Part shown: one piece after another, positions 52,246 to 63,829 of the stretch
How the letters are laid out: each line of letters opens with the position of its first letter
Numbering within the stretch: the stretch's first letter is position 1
Assembly: GCF_006345805.1 (NCBI RefSeq)
Contig: NC_043004.1
Location: forward strand, 101,370,001 to 101,434,000
DNA: 64,000 bases
Reading direction: 5' to 3'
From: Octopus sinensis
Taxonomy: Eukaryota
The notes under the pieces: model-generated
What the model was told of the DNA's origin: nothing
The model's input: only the letters and a program-made list of their open reading frames with translations
Databases searched by the model: none
Program-made: the position numbers and the translations under genes

Positions 52246-52250
52246 ATATA

Positions 52251-52293
<43 letters not shown>

Positions 52294-52402
52294 GCTGTGT
52301 GGTAAGTAGCTTGCTTACCAACCACATGGTTCTGGGTTAAGTCACTGCCTTATTGAGTGGATTTGGTAGGCAGAAACTGAAAGAAGCTTGTCGTATATAT
52401 AT

Positions 52403-52452
<50 letters not shown>

Positions 52453-52457
<5 letters not shown>

Positions 52458-53170
52458 GGTGTCAAATGAAGGTGTTATTCAAAATATTTTACTTCTGACA
52501 CATGTTTCAAAGATATCACTGGTATTATTCCAAAGGAATAAAATAGTGTAAAACAATGTAATCTTCTCTTCAGGAAAATGAAGAAATGAAACTCATCAAT
52601 AAGACATTTTAACAGAAAATGATGGATATGTATAGTGATTAACTGAACGCTATTAAGATTGTTTCAAAAAAACGTTATAGGATGTAACGTCAAAAGTACC
52701 TATAGAAAGAGGGAGCATAAAGGAAAGAAAAACTAAATAAATGAGAAGTATATAACTATATGTATATTAAATAAGACCATATAGACTTGGAAAAAGATAT
52801 ATCTAGTGAATGTGAAATGTAAGAAGAAAATTAATGCTTAAATTATATATAATAATAGTTATCACTTATATGAACTAAAGGTGTGTTTCTGCCAATGTTT
52901 ACATTGGTAAGCATGCTCTATAACCATGCTTACAAGGGGATTTTTAGAAAATATTTTTTTGAAACAATCTTAAAGGCGTTCAGATAATCACTGTACATAT
53001 CCATTATTTTCTGTTAAAATGTCTTATTGACAAGTTTCATTTCTTCATTTCGCTGAAGAGATTACATTGTTTAACACCATTTTATTCCTTTGGAATAATA
53101 CCAGTGATTACTTCGAAACATGTGTCAGAAGTAAAAAAATTTGAATAACACCTTCGTTTAACTCCATTTA
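52453..53170. mobile_element. foldback element with inverted arms of about 220 bp
   Basis: About 52453-52672 versus about 52955-53170; the arms contain decayed CTGAAGA...GAAACATGT. Confidence 0.8.
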
Positions 53171-53327
53171 TTTATTTATATATATTATACAAAATATTTC
53201 ACGTTAACCTGAAGTTTCTACCTTTAAAAACAAGGAGTTACAACCTTTTTACTTGTGTGATTTTTTGCTACCTGGGTAACTATTTATCTATTTTTCTGTG
53301 TCAATTGTTAACAAGGGGAAATACACA

Positions 53328-53358
<31 letters not shown>

Positions 53359-53410
53359 TCTCTCTAGTTTCAGCTCAGAGCTGCGGCCAATATTTGTATG
53401 TATATATATA

Positions 53411-53464
<54 letters not shown>

Positions 53465-53491
53465 ATATACACACATATATATTTATATGTA

Positions 53492-53541
<50 letters not shown>

Positions 53542-54226
53542 TGTGCCAAAAAGTGGCACACTCTAAAACATTAGAAAAGTAAAAGTGCAAAATTTGAAGT
53601 CATAGTTAATACTTACAATAAATTTGTTTGCCAAAATGTTTACATACAAATGTGTGTGTGTGTGTGCTCGTGCGTGAGTGCATGTGTGTGCATGTTTGTG
53701 TGTGTGTATACGTGGATGTGTGTGTGGGTGTGTGTGTGTGTGTTTGTGTGTGTGTGTATGTGTGTGCATGTGTGTATGTATACGTGCATGTACACCACAA
53801 TTATAGAGTAGCTCAGTAGTATGAAATATGTGTCAGTATAGTAACAAAAGTATAAAAACACAGCCAATGCAGGACAATGCAGTGAAACCCACAGCTGCCA
53901 GTGATGAGGGATGTACACCCATTGTACTCAGGGTCTCTGTAGGAACTGGTCTTTGGTGCTGTAGAAGGTACACTATTCAGAAATGGGTATGTAAGACCTC
54001 ATCCCCCAGAACAAAGCTTGGGCTATTGTTTTCATGAAAAGTTTAGGAGTCGGTCTTATGGAGTTACAATGTGTCATGATGTGTGTAAATAATGTTTGTG
54101 TGAACATTTATTAGTTTCAGTATGTGTGTAAAGGTGTGTATATATGGTGTGTACATGTAAAGTTGAATGTGTAAGCATACATAGATGTGTTTGTGTGAAT
54201 ATATATTTAAGGGGTGTGTGTAGGCA

Positions 54227-54264
<38 letters not shown>

Positions 54265-54430
54265 GTGTGTGTGGTGTGTGTGTATGTGTGTGTGTGTGTG
54301 TGTCTTTTACTTGTTTCAGTCAGTGGACTGTGACCATGCTGTGGCACTGCCTTGATGGCTGTGGTCAAACAAATCAATCCCAGTACATATTTTATAGGTC
54401 ATTTTTTCCAAACTGCAAACACAAATCCTT

Positions 54431-55232
54431 ACCCTATACTTAACCCTAACTTTAACCTTAACCCTAATCCAACCCTCACCCTAACTGTAACCTTAACCAG
54501 TCCAAACCAGATCAGTCCAGTTCAGACAGGTCCAAACCAGATCAAACCAATCCAGACTGGTTCACACTGGCCTAGACTGGCCCAGACTGGCCCAGACTGA
54601 CCCAGACAGGTCCAAACCAGATCAGACCTATCAAAGCCAAATCAGACTGGTTCACACCAGATCTGAATGGTCAGACCAGTTACGAATCAGACCAATCCAA
54701 ACTGGTTCAGACCAGTCCAGACTGGCCTAGACTGGTCCAAACCAGATCAGACCAGTTCAAACTGATCCAGACAAAATTAGATTGGTCCAAACTTGTTCGA
54801 ACCAGTCAAAACTGGATCAGACCATTCAAAACTGGTTCAAACTGGTCCAAACTGTATCAGACCCATCTAAACCAGTTCAAACTATAGTGAAGTAGTACCT
54901 GTATTTCAAAGGGCCAGGCTTGTCACACTGAAACTCTCTTAGAACTATATTAAAGGCACACATTTCTGTGGAGCACTCAGCCACAGGCAAGTTAATTTCT
55001 CAAGCAAACTGTTCTGTTGATGAAAATGTTTGATGAAATCCAGATGAGACCAGTCCAAACTATCAGACTGGTCCAGATTGGTCACAACTGGATCAGACCA
55101 GTCCAAACCAGATCAGACTAGTCAAAACTGGATCAGATCAGTCCAAACTGGTTCAGACAAGTCCAAGCCAGATCAGACCAATCCAAACTGGTTTGGACCG
55201 GTCCAGATTAGTCCAAACCAGATCAAACCAGT
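54431..55232. repeat. degenerate (CCCTAA)-like tract followed by a pentamer-based minisatellite, split by a SINE tail
   Basis: 54431-54498 TTAACCCTAA-like; 54499-54885 and 55045-55232 built from AGACC/AGTCC/AAACC/AGATC units, higher period about 20. Confidence 0.85.
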
Positions 55233-55334
55233 TGTCAAGTGATCATGGAGTAGACGCAAAAAAAGACACACACATGCACACACACAAACAAACATACCCA
55301 TCACCCAAACGCATATATATATATCTACAGTATG

Positions 55335-55560
55335 AAGGCGGCGAGCTGGTAGAAACGTTAGCACGCTTGGCGAAATGCGTTGCCGTATTTCGTCTGCTGT
55401 TACGTTTCGAGTTCAAATTCGGCCGAGGTTGACTTTGCCTTTCATCTTTCCGGGGTTGATAAATTAAGTACCAGTTACGCACTGGGGTCGATGTAATCGA
55501 CTTAATCTGTTTGTCCTTGTTTGTCCCCTCTGTGTTTAGCTCCTTGTGGGTAGTAAAAAT
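55335..55560 (+). mobile_element. SINE family C
   Basis: GGCGGCGAGCTGGTAGAAACG head, GAGTTCAAATTC B box. Confidence 0.8.
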
Positions 55561-56105
55561 ATATATATATCTGCAGCTGGCTTCTTTCAGTTTTAGTAAG
55601 CCATAACCACTCACAAGTCTTTAGTCAACCCAAGACTAAAGCAGAAGACACATATTCAAGGTTCTACTCAGTGGGACTGAACCCAAAACCATGTGGTTGG
55701 GAAATAAACTTCTTACCACAGAGCCATACCTGTGCTTTCATTCAAATAAACAAACACACACACACACACACACCACCACCACCACCACCACCACCACCAC
55801 CAACACCACCAATACCAACACCACACAAACACACAACACAAACACACACACACACACATGTGAATGTGCATGACTATGCCATATACAAATATACAAGTAT
55901 GCATGTGTGTGTGTGTAAAAGTACATATGCATGTATATAATGTGTAAAGTATATATGTGAGAATATGATGGCACACGCAAACACGGACGTCTGCATATAT
56001 GTGTATAGGAATGTGCATGCAAGTATGTCTGTAAATAAATGCTTATATGCTAAGATGTAAATGTCTGCACAGATGTGAATAATGTTTCAAATTTTATTCA
56101 ATAAA

Positions 56106-56170
<65 letters not shown>

Positions 56171-56176
<6 letters not shown>

Positions 56177-56631
56177 TGACAGGGCAAGACTGCTAGGTAG
56201 TTGGCCGTATGCTAGAAATAGATCATCAACAATCAAACTACAAAGAAAGTTCTCTAGAGGAAAAATTCAGCGAACACCAGAACCAAAGACATTTGAAATT
56301 TTATACCTAATTGTAATTGGTAAAACTAAATACGTGTCTGTTTTGGCACAGAAAGCTGGGGTTAGTTTTTCAAATTGCATTTACACTGAACGATTGTACT
56401 GATGAGGCCACGGACATTTGAATTATGTAAGTAATTCTTTTGTTAAAGGCCGAAACCGAGGTATGCAATTAATTCTGTTTTTTATATAAATTTTCATCTG
56501 TCCTGCCCGCCAACTTTGGTTCTGGTGTTCGCTGAATTTTTCCTCTAGAGAACTTTCTTTGTAGTTTGATCGTTGATGATCTATTTCTAGCATACGGCCG
56601 ACTACCTAGCAGTCTTGCCCTGTCAATATAC
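56171..56631 (+). mobile_element. inverted-repeat element (118-bp arms, 2 mismatches) with a central hammerhead
   Basis: 56171-56288 versus 56514-56631; the two differences I found are CpG-type transitions. Confidence 0.9.
56393..56469 (+). ncRNA. type I hammerhead ribozyme, intact core
   Basis: AUUGUA-CUGAUGA-GGCC(38 nt)GGCC-GAA-ACC(GA)GGU-A-UGCAAU: stem I 6 bp, stem II 4 bp, stem III 3 bp, GUA triplet. Confidence 0.8.
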
Positions 56632-56963
56632 AGATGTATTAGAATTTTCTCTGATTTTTCAGATTTTTTGTATGCTAGACTACTGGTTTTAAATTGATAT
56701 TAAAATTAATATTAATTCATCTCCCTCAACATATATATATATATATATATATACTGGTTTTCTCACTGAAACCAACTAGTTACAGTGCCTTTTGGCTTTT
56801 GGACTATTAAACTACCTCTATCCACCATACATATCACAGCTTTTAATGATATTGAACTGGTACTGAAGTGATCAGTTGATTCAATGTTATTTGAGCATAT
56901 ATATATATATGTGCTGATTTGTATTTATGAATGTCTGATTTCATGTAACTATGGACATGTTTG

Positions 56964-57016
<53 letters not shown>

Positions 57017-57087
57017 ATATAAGCAAAATAGCAAGTTATAAAATATCAAGAAGAGATAGAGTAGTAATGTATACCCGCTTTACTGCC

Positions 57088-57469
57088 TACACTACCGTCA
57101 GAAATTAATTAGCACCCTTTATTTGCTCTTCACTCAAGGTATGTGCTGTCACCTAGTGGCCATATCTCGAACTATTGCTTTGTTGCGAGTTCACTGTTGC
57201 GTAGAACGATGACATAACTTTGTTTGCAGAGCAGTTTGAGAGTCTACAGCCTTATGATGTTGACATAGCAGTGCAACAACAACTTGGAGTGCGGATGCAG
57301 ACAAATTCCTTTGTTTAATAAATATAGGTAGCGCCTCGCAAGGACCAAAATCACACCATACTAAGTTTTCTCATCGCGTAAGACGTTTTGAACAGCTCAT
57401 AGGTTAATTGATTTAACCTATTTAATGTAGAAATTTGAGAAGTGCTAATTAATTTCTGACGCAAGTGTA
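57088..57469. mobile_element. Tc1-type MITE
   Basis: TA|CACTACCGTCAGAAATTAATTAGCAC ... GTGCTAATTAATTTCTGACGCAAGTG|TA. Confidence 0.8.
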
Positions 57470-57533
57470 TATATACACACACACACATATATATATCTGT
57501 AAATATAATATGTGACAAGTATTCGGTAGCCAT

Positions 57534-57594
57534 GATAAAACTCCGAGTTTCGGATGTTGGGGCAGAAACCCATGCTGCCATCTCTTCAGTTATC
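57534..57594 (-). ncRNA. type I hammerhead ribozyme
   Basis: GAUAA-CUGAAGA-GAUG GCAG..CUGC..CAUC C-GAA-ACU(CGG)AGU-U-UUAUC: perfect 5-bp stem I, GUU triplet, one extra C at the base of stem II. Confidence 0.7.
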
Positions 57595-57754
57595 CGGTCA
57601 TCGAAAAAATGCTATGAAAATGACCGTTAAAAAAAGGAAAATTATTGTGTGATTGACTGTTATTAAGACAAAAGAGCTATTAGAATGACCCCTAAGTGAG
57701 GAGAGGGAGTAAAGGTAAGGGAGTGAAAATGTTCATAGTATTCATATATATAAA

Positions 57755-58200
57755 TCATCATCATCATCATCGTTTAGCGTCCGCTTTCCATGCTAGCATG
57801 GGTTGGACGGTTCAACTGGGGTCTGGGAAGCCAGAAGGCTGCACCAAGCCCAGTCTGATCTGGCAGTGTTTCTACGGCTGGATGCCCTTCCTAATGCCAA
57901 CCACTCCGTGAGTGTAGTGGGTGATTTTTACGTGCCACTGGCACAGGTGCCACACGGGGCTGGCAAATGGCCATGGTCGAATGGTGCTTTTTACGTGCCA
58001 CCGAAACGGGGGCCAGGCGAGGCCACGATCGGATGGTGCTTTTTACGTGCCACCAGCACGGAGGCCTGTCGAGGTGGCGCTGGCAATGGCCATGTTCGGA
58101 TGGTTCGTTTACGTGCCACCGGCACTGGTATCACAGCTACAATTTCCATTGATGTTGATCGATTTCGATGTTTGACTTCCACTTGCCTCAACAGGTCTTC
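57755..58200 (-). mobile_element. SINE family B with four to five internal units
   Basis: As 10255-10690. Confidence 0.8.
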
Positions 58201-58405
58201 ACATATATATGCAAAATATGTGTGTATGTGTACATACATATGTAAATAGATATTAGATAATTAAACCATTCATTTGATTATCGAATATCTAATATATATA
58301 TATATATATATATACTAGATATTAGATAATTAAAAAAATGGTTTATACCTGGCAGCTTACTGGTAAAGCACGGTCACTTTCACAGTGTTCCATTATGTAT
58401 CTGGT

Positions 58406-58900
58406 AGATGGAAGATATGAGAGTTTTTAATAATCCCTACAATTGTTTCGATACATTTAGCATCGATACCTTATGGGTGGGATACTTAACAACTGGTTCA
58501 GGAGCATCCAACGGTATAGATGTGTCTCTTCAGGTGATAAACAGATACAATTCATTAAAATAAGTTCTGCAATTTATCTTCTCAGTTGTGAAGAAAAACA
58601 GCAAATTAAGAGATACAGCTTCGTTTATTGCAAGCTGGCTTCTTTTTGGCATCTGTTATTTTCTTATTGATCTTCGATATAAATGAAGTTATATCCTTGA
58701 ATTTGCTGCATTTATTCCAAGAACTGAGAAGATACATTGCAGAACTTATTTTAAATAGTTGTTTCTGTTTATCACCCAAAGAAATACTTCTGCACTGTTA
58801 GATGCTCCTGAATCAGTAGTTGAGTATCCTATACATAAGGGATCAAGGCTAGATGTGTCGAAACAATTGTAGTGACTAATAAAAACTCTATCTTCCATCT
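58406..58900. mobile_element. foldback element with arms of about 200 bp, each carrying a hammerhead fold
   Basis: Left arm (minus, 58433-58538) has an intact CUGAAGA/GAAA core; right arm (plus, 58771-58876) has the core mutated to CCAAAGA. Confidence 0.75.
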
Positions 58901-58934
58901 TCTGTCTCTCCTTAACCAGATGTGTGTATACATA

Positions 58935-59246
58935 TCACCGTGATCACCATGACTGACCAGGCTATCAGATGTTGCTACACATCGCTGGTCACAATGCACT
59001 TTGCATTGTTTTAACCTTCAAATGACACCACCCTACTGGCTAAGTAAGCTAGATAACAGAAGAAGGAGTGAGAGAGAGTTGTGGCGAAAGAGTACAGCAG
59101 GGATCGCCCCCCCCCCCCCTGCTGGAGCCTTGTGGAGCTTTAGGTGTTTTCGCCCAATAAACACTCACAATGCCCAGTCTGGGAATCAAAACCACAATCC
59201 TACAACTGCAAGTCCGCTGCCCTAACCACTGGGCCATTGCGCCTCC
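58935..59246 (-). mobile_element. SINE family D, tail type 1
   Basis: Reverse complement of 22000-22290. Confidence 0.8.
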
Positions 59247-59366
59247 ACGTGTATACATATATATATATATATATAAAAACACACACATATATATATGCAT
59301 GTGCTTGTGTGTATATATGAAAACTCCACATACATGCAAATTTACATATACACATACCTCTGTGTA

Positions 59367-59407
<41 letters not shown>

Positions 59408-60189
59408 ACGTGTGTGTGTGTGCACGTGTGTATGTATATATCACCATCGTTTTAACTTCACCATTTTCCTGCTCGCATATAGTTTATTGAGGCAGATTTT
59501 CTACAGCTAGATGCCTTTCCTGTTGCCAACACTTACATGTTTTTCCGTGGCCAGATATATTTTCCCAGAATACTGGAAAACATATTAGAATGACTCTAAT
59601 TACAACAATCATATGATGTTGAGACAAAGGAACACAGACATAACATACACACACTTGAACACATATACACATACACTCACATCTCTGACAGGCTTCTTCT
59701 ATTTTCCATCAACCTCATATGGCTTTGCTTGACCTGTGGCTTTAGTTGAAGACACTCTTCCAAGTTGCCACACTATGGAAATGAACTTGAAACTATATGG
59801 TTGGGGAGCAAACTTCTTAGCCTCACAACCACACTAGGATGGTTACTTGGATGGGGGCCTGGACACTGCAGAGTTATCAGTAATGCAGTATAAGATGCAT
59901 TTGGGGCTTGTGATACATACATACATACATGCATACATACATACATACATACATACATACATACATACATACATACATACACACATGCATACCCACATGC
60001 ACACATACATAGATTCATACATACACAAACACACACACATGCATACCCACATGCACACATACATACATGCATGCATGCATACATACACACACACACACAC
60101 ACATGCACACACAGTTGCATGCCTGCATGTACACATACATACATACATACATAAAAAGCAATTGACCTCATTACCCAATTTTCTACTGA

Positions 60190-61620
60190 TATTGGAATGA
60201 AATTTAGTGAATCCAAATGGGCATTTTTGACAATAAAACATGGAAAAATTGTGCCCTCCTCTAAACACCTACAAAGAAATGACTTGACAATACAAACCCT
60301 ACAATCAGGTGACAATTATAGGCCTCTTGGACAAGATGACAATGTCAGATATAATGGACCCATAAATAAGGAGAGAACCAAGAATGAATATTTCAGGAGA
60401 GTAAAGAGAATATGGTCATCAGAACTTTCTGGTTACAACAAGTCTATTGCCCACAACACCTTTGCAGTGCCTGCCCTCATGCAGATGATTGACCTTCTTA
60501 CCTGGTCACTACAAAATCTCAATGAGACAGAAGATTGAGCTCTCAAGGAGCTCAGTGTGTTACAGGAAACTGCACCATCAGTGGAGATGTCGACAGGCGA
60601 TACTTCACACACAAGGATGATGGTTATGGTTTCAAATCTGTAATGATGTCATATTGTGACACTGAAACATCTAAAACAAAGGAAAGAGACCAGTAACTGT
60701 CACCAAGTTTGTGACCATGAAATCAACAACTTAATTAGGATAGCTAATGAACTTGAGGAGAGGTACGCAATAAGAGCTGATACAGATCTTTCCCCAAAGA
60801 GCATTGGTAAACTCTATTTATTAGAAGAAAAAAATATTTTAAAAAATGGGTCAGTTCACTGAGGAGATAGTACATGGATACTTGGCATGTAAAACAAACA
60901 ACAAAAGGAATCAATCATGTCAAAAGGCTTGCCATGGAGAACTGACAAGTTATGACATCCCACTTTGAAGACCATCTCCATGCAATTAAGAACAAGAGAT
61001 CCTCACCAAATACTTACAGCATGAAAGTAGAAAACATTGACAGACAACAAATGTATGCTTTGCAAGACCAAGTCTGATGGCATCAACCATATTATTGCCA
61101 ACTGTGAGAGAATGTATTCTCCAGATATCATCTTCCCATGAGGCATGATGCGATGGCCAGAATGGTCTGGAACAGGAATACAGAAAAGAAAACACTTACA
61201 ACGTTGACTATACTGAATCTGATGGGTCAAAAGAATATTGAGTGAACTTAGAAATTAAAACAGCCATCAAATCAAAACACTGCTGGCCAGATATTGTTGT
61301 GTGAGATCACAAGGAAAAGAGAGATTCAGTTGTGGTAATCAGCTACTCTCTGGACACTAATATGGTTAGAAAAATACAAGAGAAAGACATCTATGGACCA
61401 TTGATAAGGAGTTTGCAAATCCAGTACCAAGGATACACTTTCAGCTTTATATCTTATTACAGGAGCAACAGAATATATAGCAGCTCATCTGGAGCAAAGT
61501 GTGGCTGAACTTGGGATTATGTGGAGAGAACACCAATCTTTAATTAATACACTACAAATGATTACGATATCTGAGACTATAAAAATTTGCAAGACCTTCT
61601 TAAGACTTGAAGGATGTTGA
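60190..61620 (+). mobile_element. R4/Dong-type non-LTR element remnant (RT C-terminus to endonuclease)
   Basis: EYFRRVKRIWSSELSGYNKSIAHNTFAVP; later ..PDIVV.D and TIKICKTFL; heavily frameshifted; preceded by about 240 bp of (CATA)n. Confidence 0.75.
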
Positions 61621-61947
61621 ACAAAACAAGATTCTTTCCTTCATAACCTTGCTACCAAGTAGGCAACCAGTCAAAATTTACTCTAAATTAAAGAGAGAAA
61701 AAGAATATGCACTCACACATACATGTAAGGCATAATGTAAGACAACACCTCTTGGTGCCACACTAATAAAGTGTCACTCTAATATAATCAATCACAAATA
61801 TTGTGTAACTTTTCACATGAAGCCATTTATATGCAATAAAGTTAGAAACAAAGTGGTATGGAAACTAATAACAAAGATATGCTAAATTCATTCTTTGTCT
61901 TCTTAATTATGTTATATATAAATATATATATGTGTGTGTATGTATGC

Positions 61948-61988
<41 letters not shown>

Positions 61989-62484
61989 GGTGTGTATGTA
62001 TCATAAGCCTTCAAACCCTTGTACCAAATCATCAATATGTTTTACTGCATTATATGAAGATTCTGCAGTGCCCTTGCCCCCAATCAGATACCCAACCACT
62101 GTCACCTTTTGCGTAAAATAAATGTTTTACTCTACTCCATGTATTGAGTTCTTTCTTAGTTTACATTTTGGAGTATTTTCATATTATCATCATCAGCCTC
62201 ATAACCATCATCGTTTTATGTCCACTTTCCAATGCTAGCAAAGAAACGATTACCATTCAAGTCCAGTTCTTATTTGAAGTTACTGCCTTCCTAGATGGAT
62301 CAGGGCCATATACACCACATATTTTGGCTTGGTTTCCATGTATATGTATTTAAATGCCCTTCCTACCACTAACCACTGTAGTGGGTGTATATGAAAATAA
62401 TGAGGTCAGTGAAAACATAGAAATTTTACTGAAGAGGCAAAACACTATTGGTTGATCCTCAGAAGTTGTGATAGCTAGTAGCCT

Positions 62485-62790
62485 CTACGCCATATGCCCA
62501 TGGGCATATGGCGTAGTGGTTAAGAACGTGGGCTACTAACCCCAAGATTCCGAGTTCGATTCCAAGTAGTAACCGGAACACTAACAATAATAATAATAAT
62601 AATAATAATAACATAGAAAAATACCTTAGAAATGAGAACCCAGGTTCGAAATTTTCCCAAGACACCTGAAGAAGGCTGGAGGGTATATCAGCCGAAATGT
62701 GTTAACAACAAACAAGATAAGGACAAATATCCGTCGAATGTAAATAATGTAAATAATGTACATAATTCCACATCTCTTAAATATAGAACT
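62485..62790 (+). mobile_element. tRNA-headed SINE with (AAT)n spacer, decayed hammerhead tail and palindromic 5' end
   Basis: A box TGGCGTAGTGG (62509), B box GAGTTCGATTCC (62552), (AAT)n 62586-62612, GACAC-CTGAAGA-A-GGCTG..CAGCC-GAAA-T-GTGTT (62661-62703); perfect 32-bp palindrome at 62485-62516. Confidence 0.7.
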
Positions 62791-62849
62791 GTATCATGGT
62801 AGTAGCCTCTATTAAAATTATTACTTGCATACAAAAAATGGTTAGCATT

Positions 62850-63480
62850 ACCCTTTAATGATCGTGACATCTAACAGTGGGTCAAGACCTAGGAATTATT
62901 TCTAATATATCACAACCCCTTAATGGTTGTAATATATTACTGTGGTTTAACAATTTAAGGATTATTTCTAAGGATAAAAAATAGATTAATATCTCCTTTT
63001 AATGGTTGTAATATCTAATAAGTAAGTCAACAATTAAGGAATTATTTCCAAAGGTAAAAAAAAAAAAAAACAGGTTAAAGTTACCCCTTAACGGTAGTGA
63101 TATATTATTGTGGGTTAAAAATTTAGGAATTACTTCTAAGGATAAAAAAACAGGTTAATATTAATAATGCCCCTTAATGGTTGTAATATCTAATAGTGGG
63201 TCAACAATTTAGAAATCATTTCCAAAAACAAAAACAAACCAGGTGAATGTTGCCCCTAAATGGTTGTGATATTTAATAGTGGGTCAACAATTTAGGAAAT
63301 ATTTAAGAGAACAAAAAACAGGCCAACATTGCTCCTAAATAGTTGTTAATGGTTGCAAATAATTTTGGAATTATTTTGGAATTATTTGCAAGGACAGGGA
63401 GACAGACAAATGTCACCCCTTAATGACTGTGGCATTTAATAGTGGGTCAACAATTTGTGAATCATTAATCATTGCTTTTA
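62850..63480. repeat. diverged tandem repeat, about 80-bp unit, about 8 copies
   Basis: Recurring CCCCTTAATGGTTGT.ATAT.TAATAGTGGGTCAACAATTTAGGAATTATTT. Confidence 0.85.
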
Positions 63481-63619
63481 ATTGTTATACTATGTAATGG
63501 TGAGTCAACAATTTGTCTCTGTTCACAACTGTGGTATGAGTCAATATGGTTCCAAAATATAAGTCAACCTTTCTTGTCAACTAGTTCAATAATGTAAACA
63601 AAAAGCATTTCGTGGGTAT

Positions 63620-63659
<40 letters not shown>

Positions 63660-63829
63660 AATAGTATGCATGCATGTATTCAAATATATTATACAGATAG
63701 ATAGGTATATCATATAAATACATGCTCAGAGACACACATACATATACACACACATACAGACATTTATATATACAAAGAGAGACAGAAAGACGGAGAGAGA
63801 GTATATGTATAATATATATATATATATTC

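Noticed and set aside
53828-54037. GC-balanced segment with a + strand GTATGT donor
   Set aside because: No convincing acceptor, no homology and no partner exons.
62850-63480. Repeat-plus-variable-segment pattern resembling a CRISPR array
   Set aside because: Eukaryotic context, no cas genes, and the variable parts are homologous to each other; it is a satellite.
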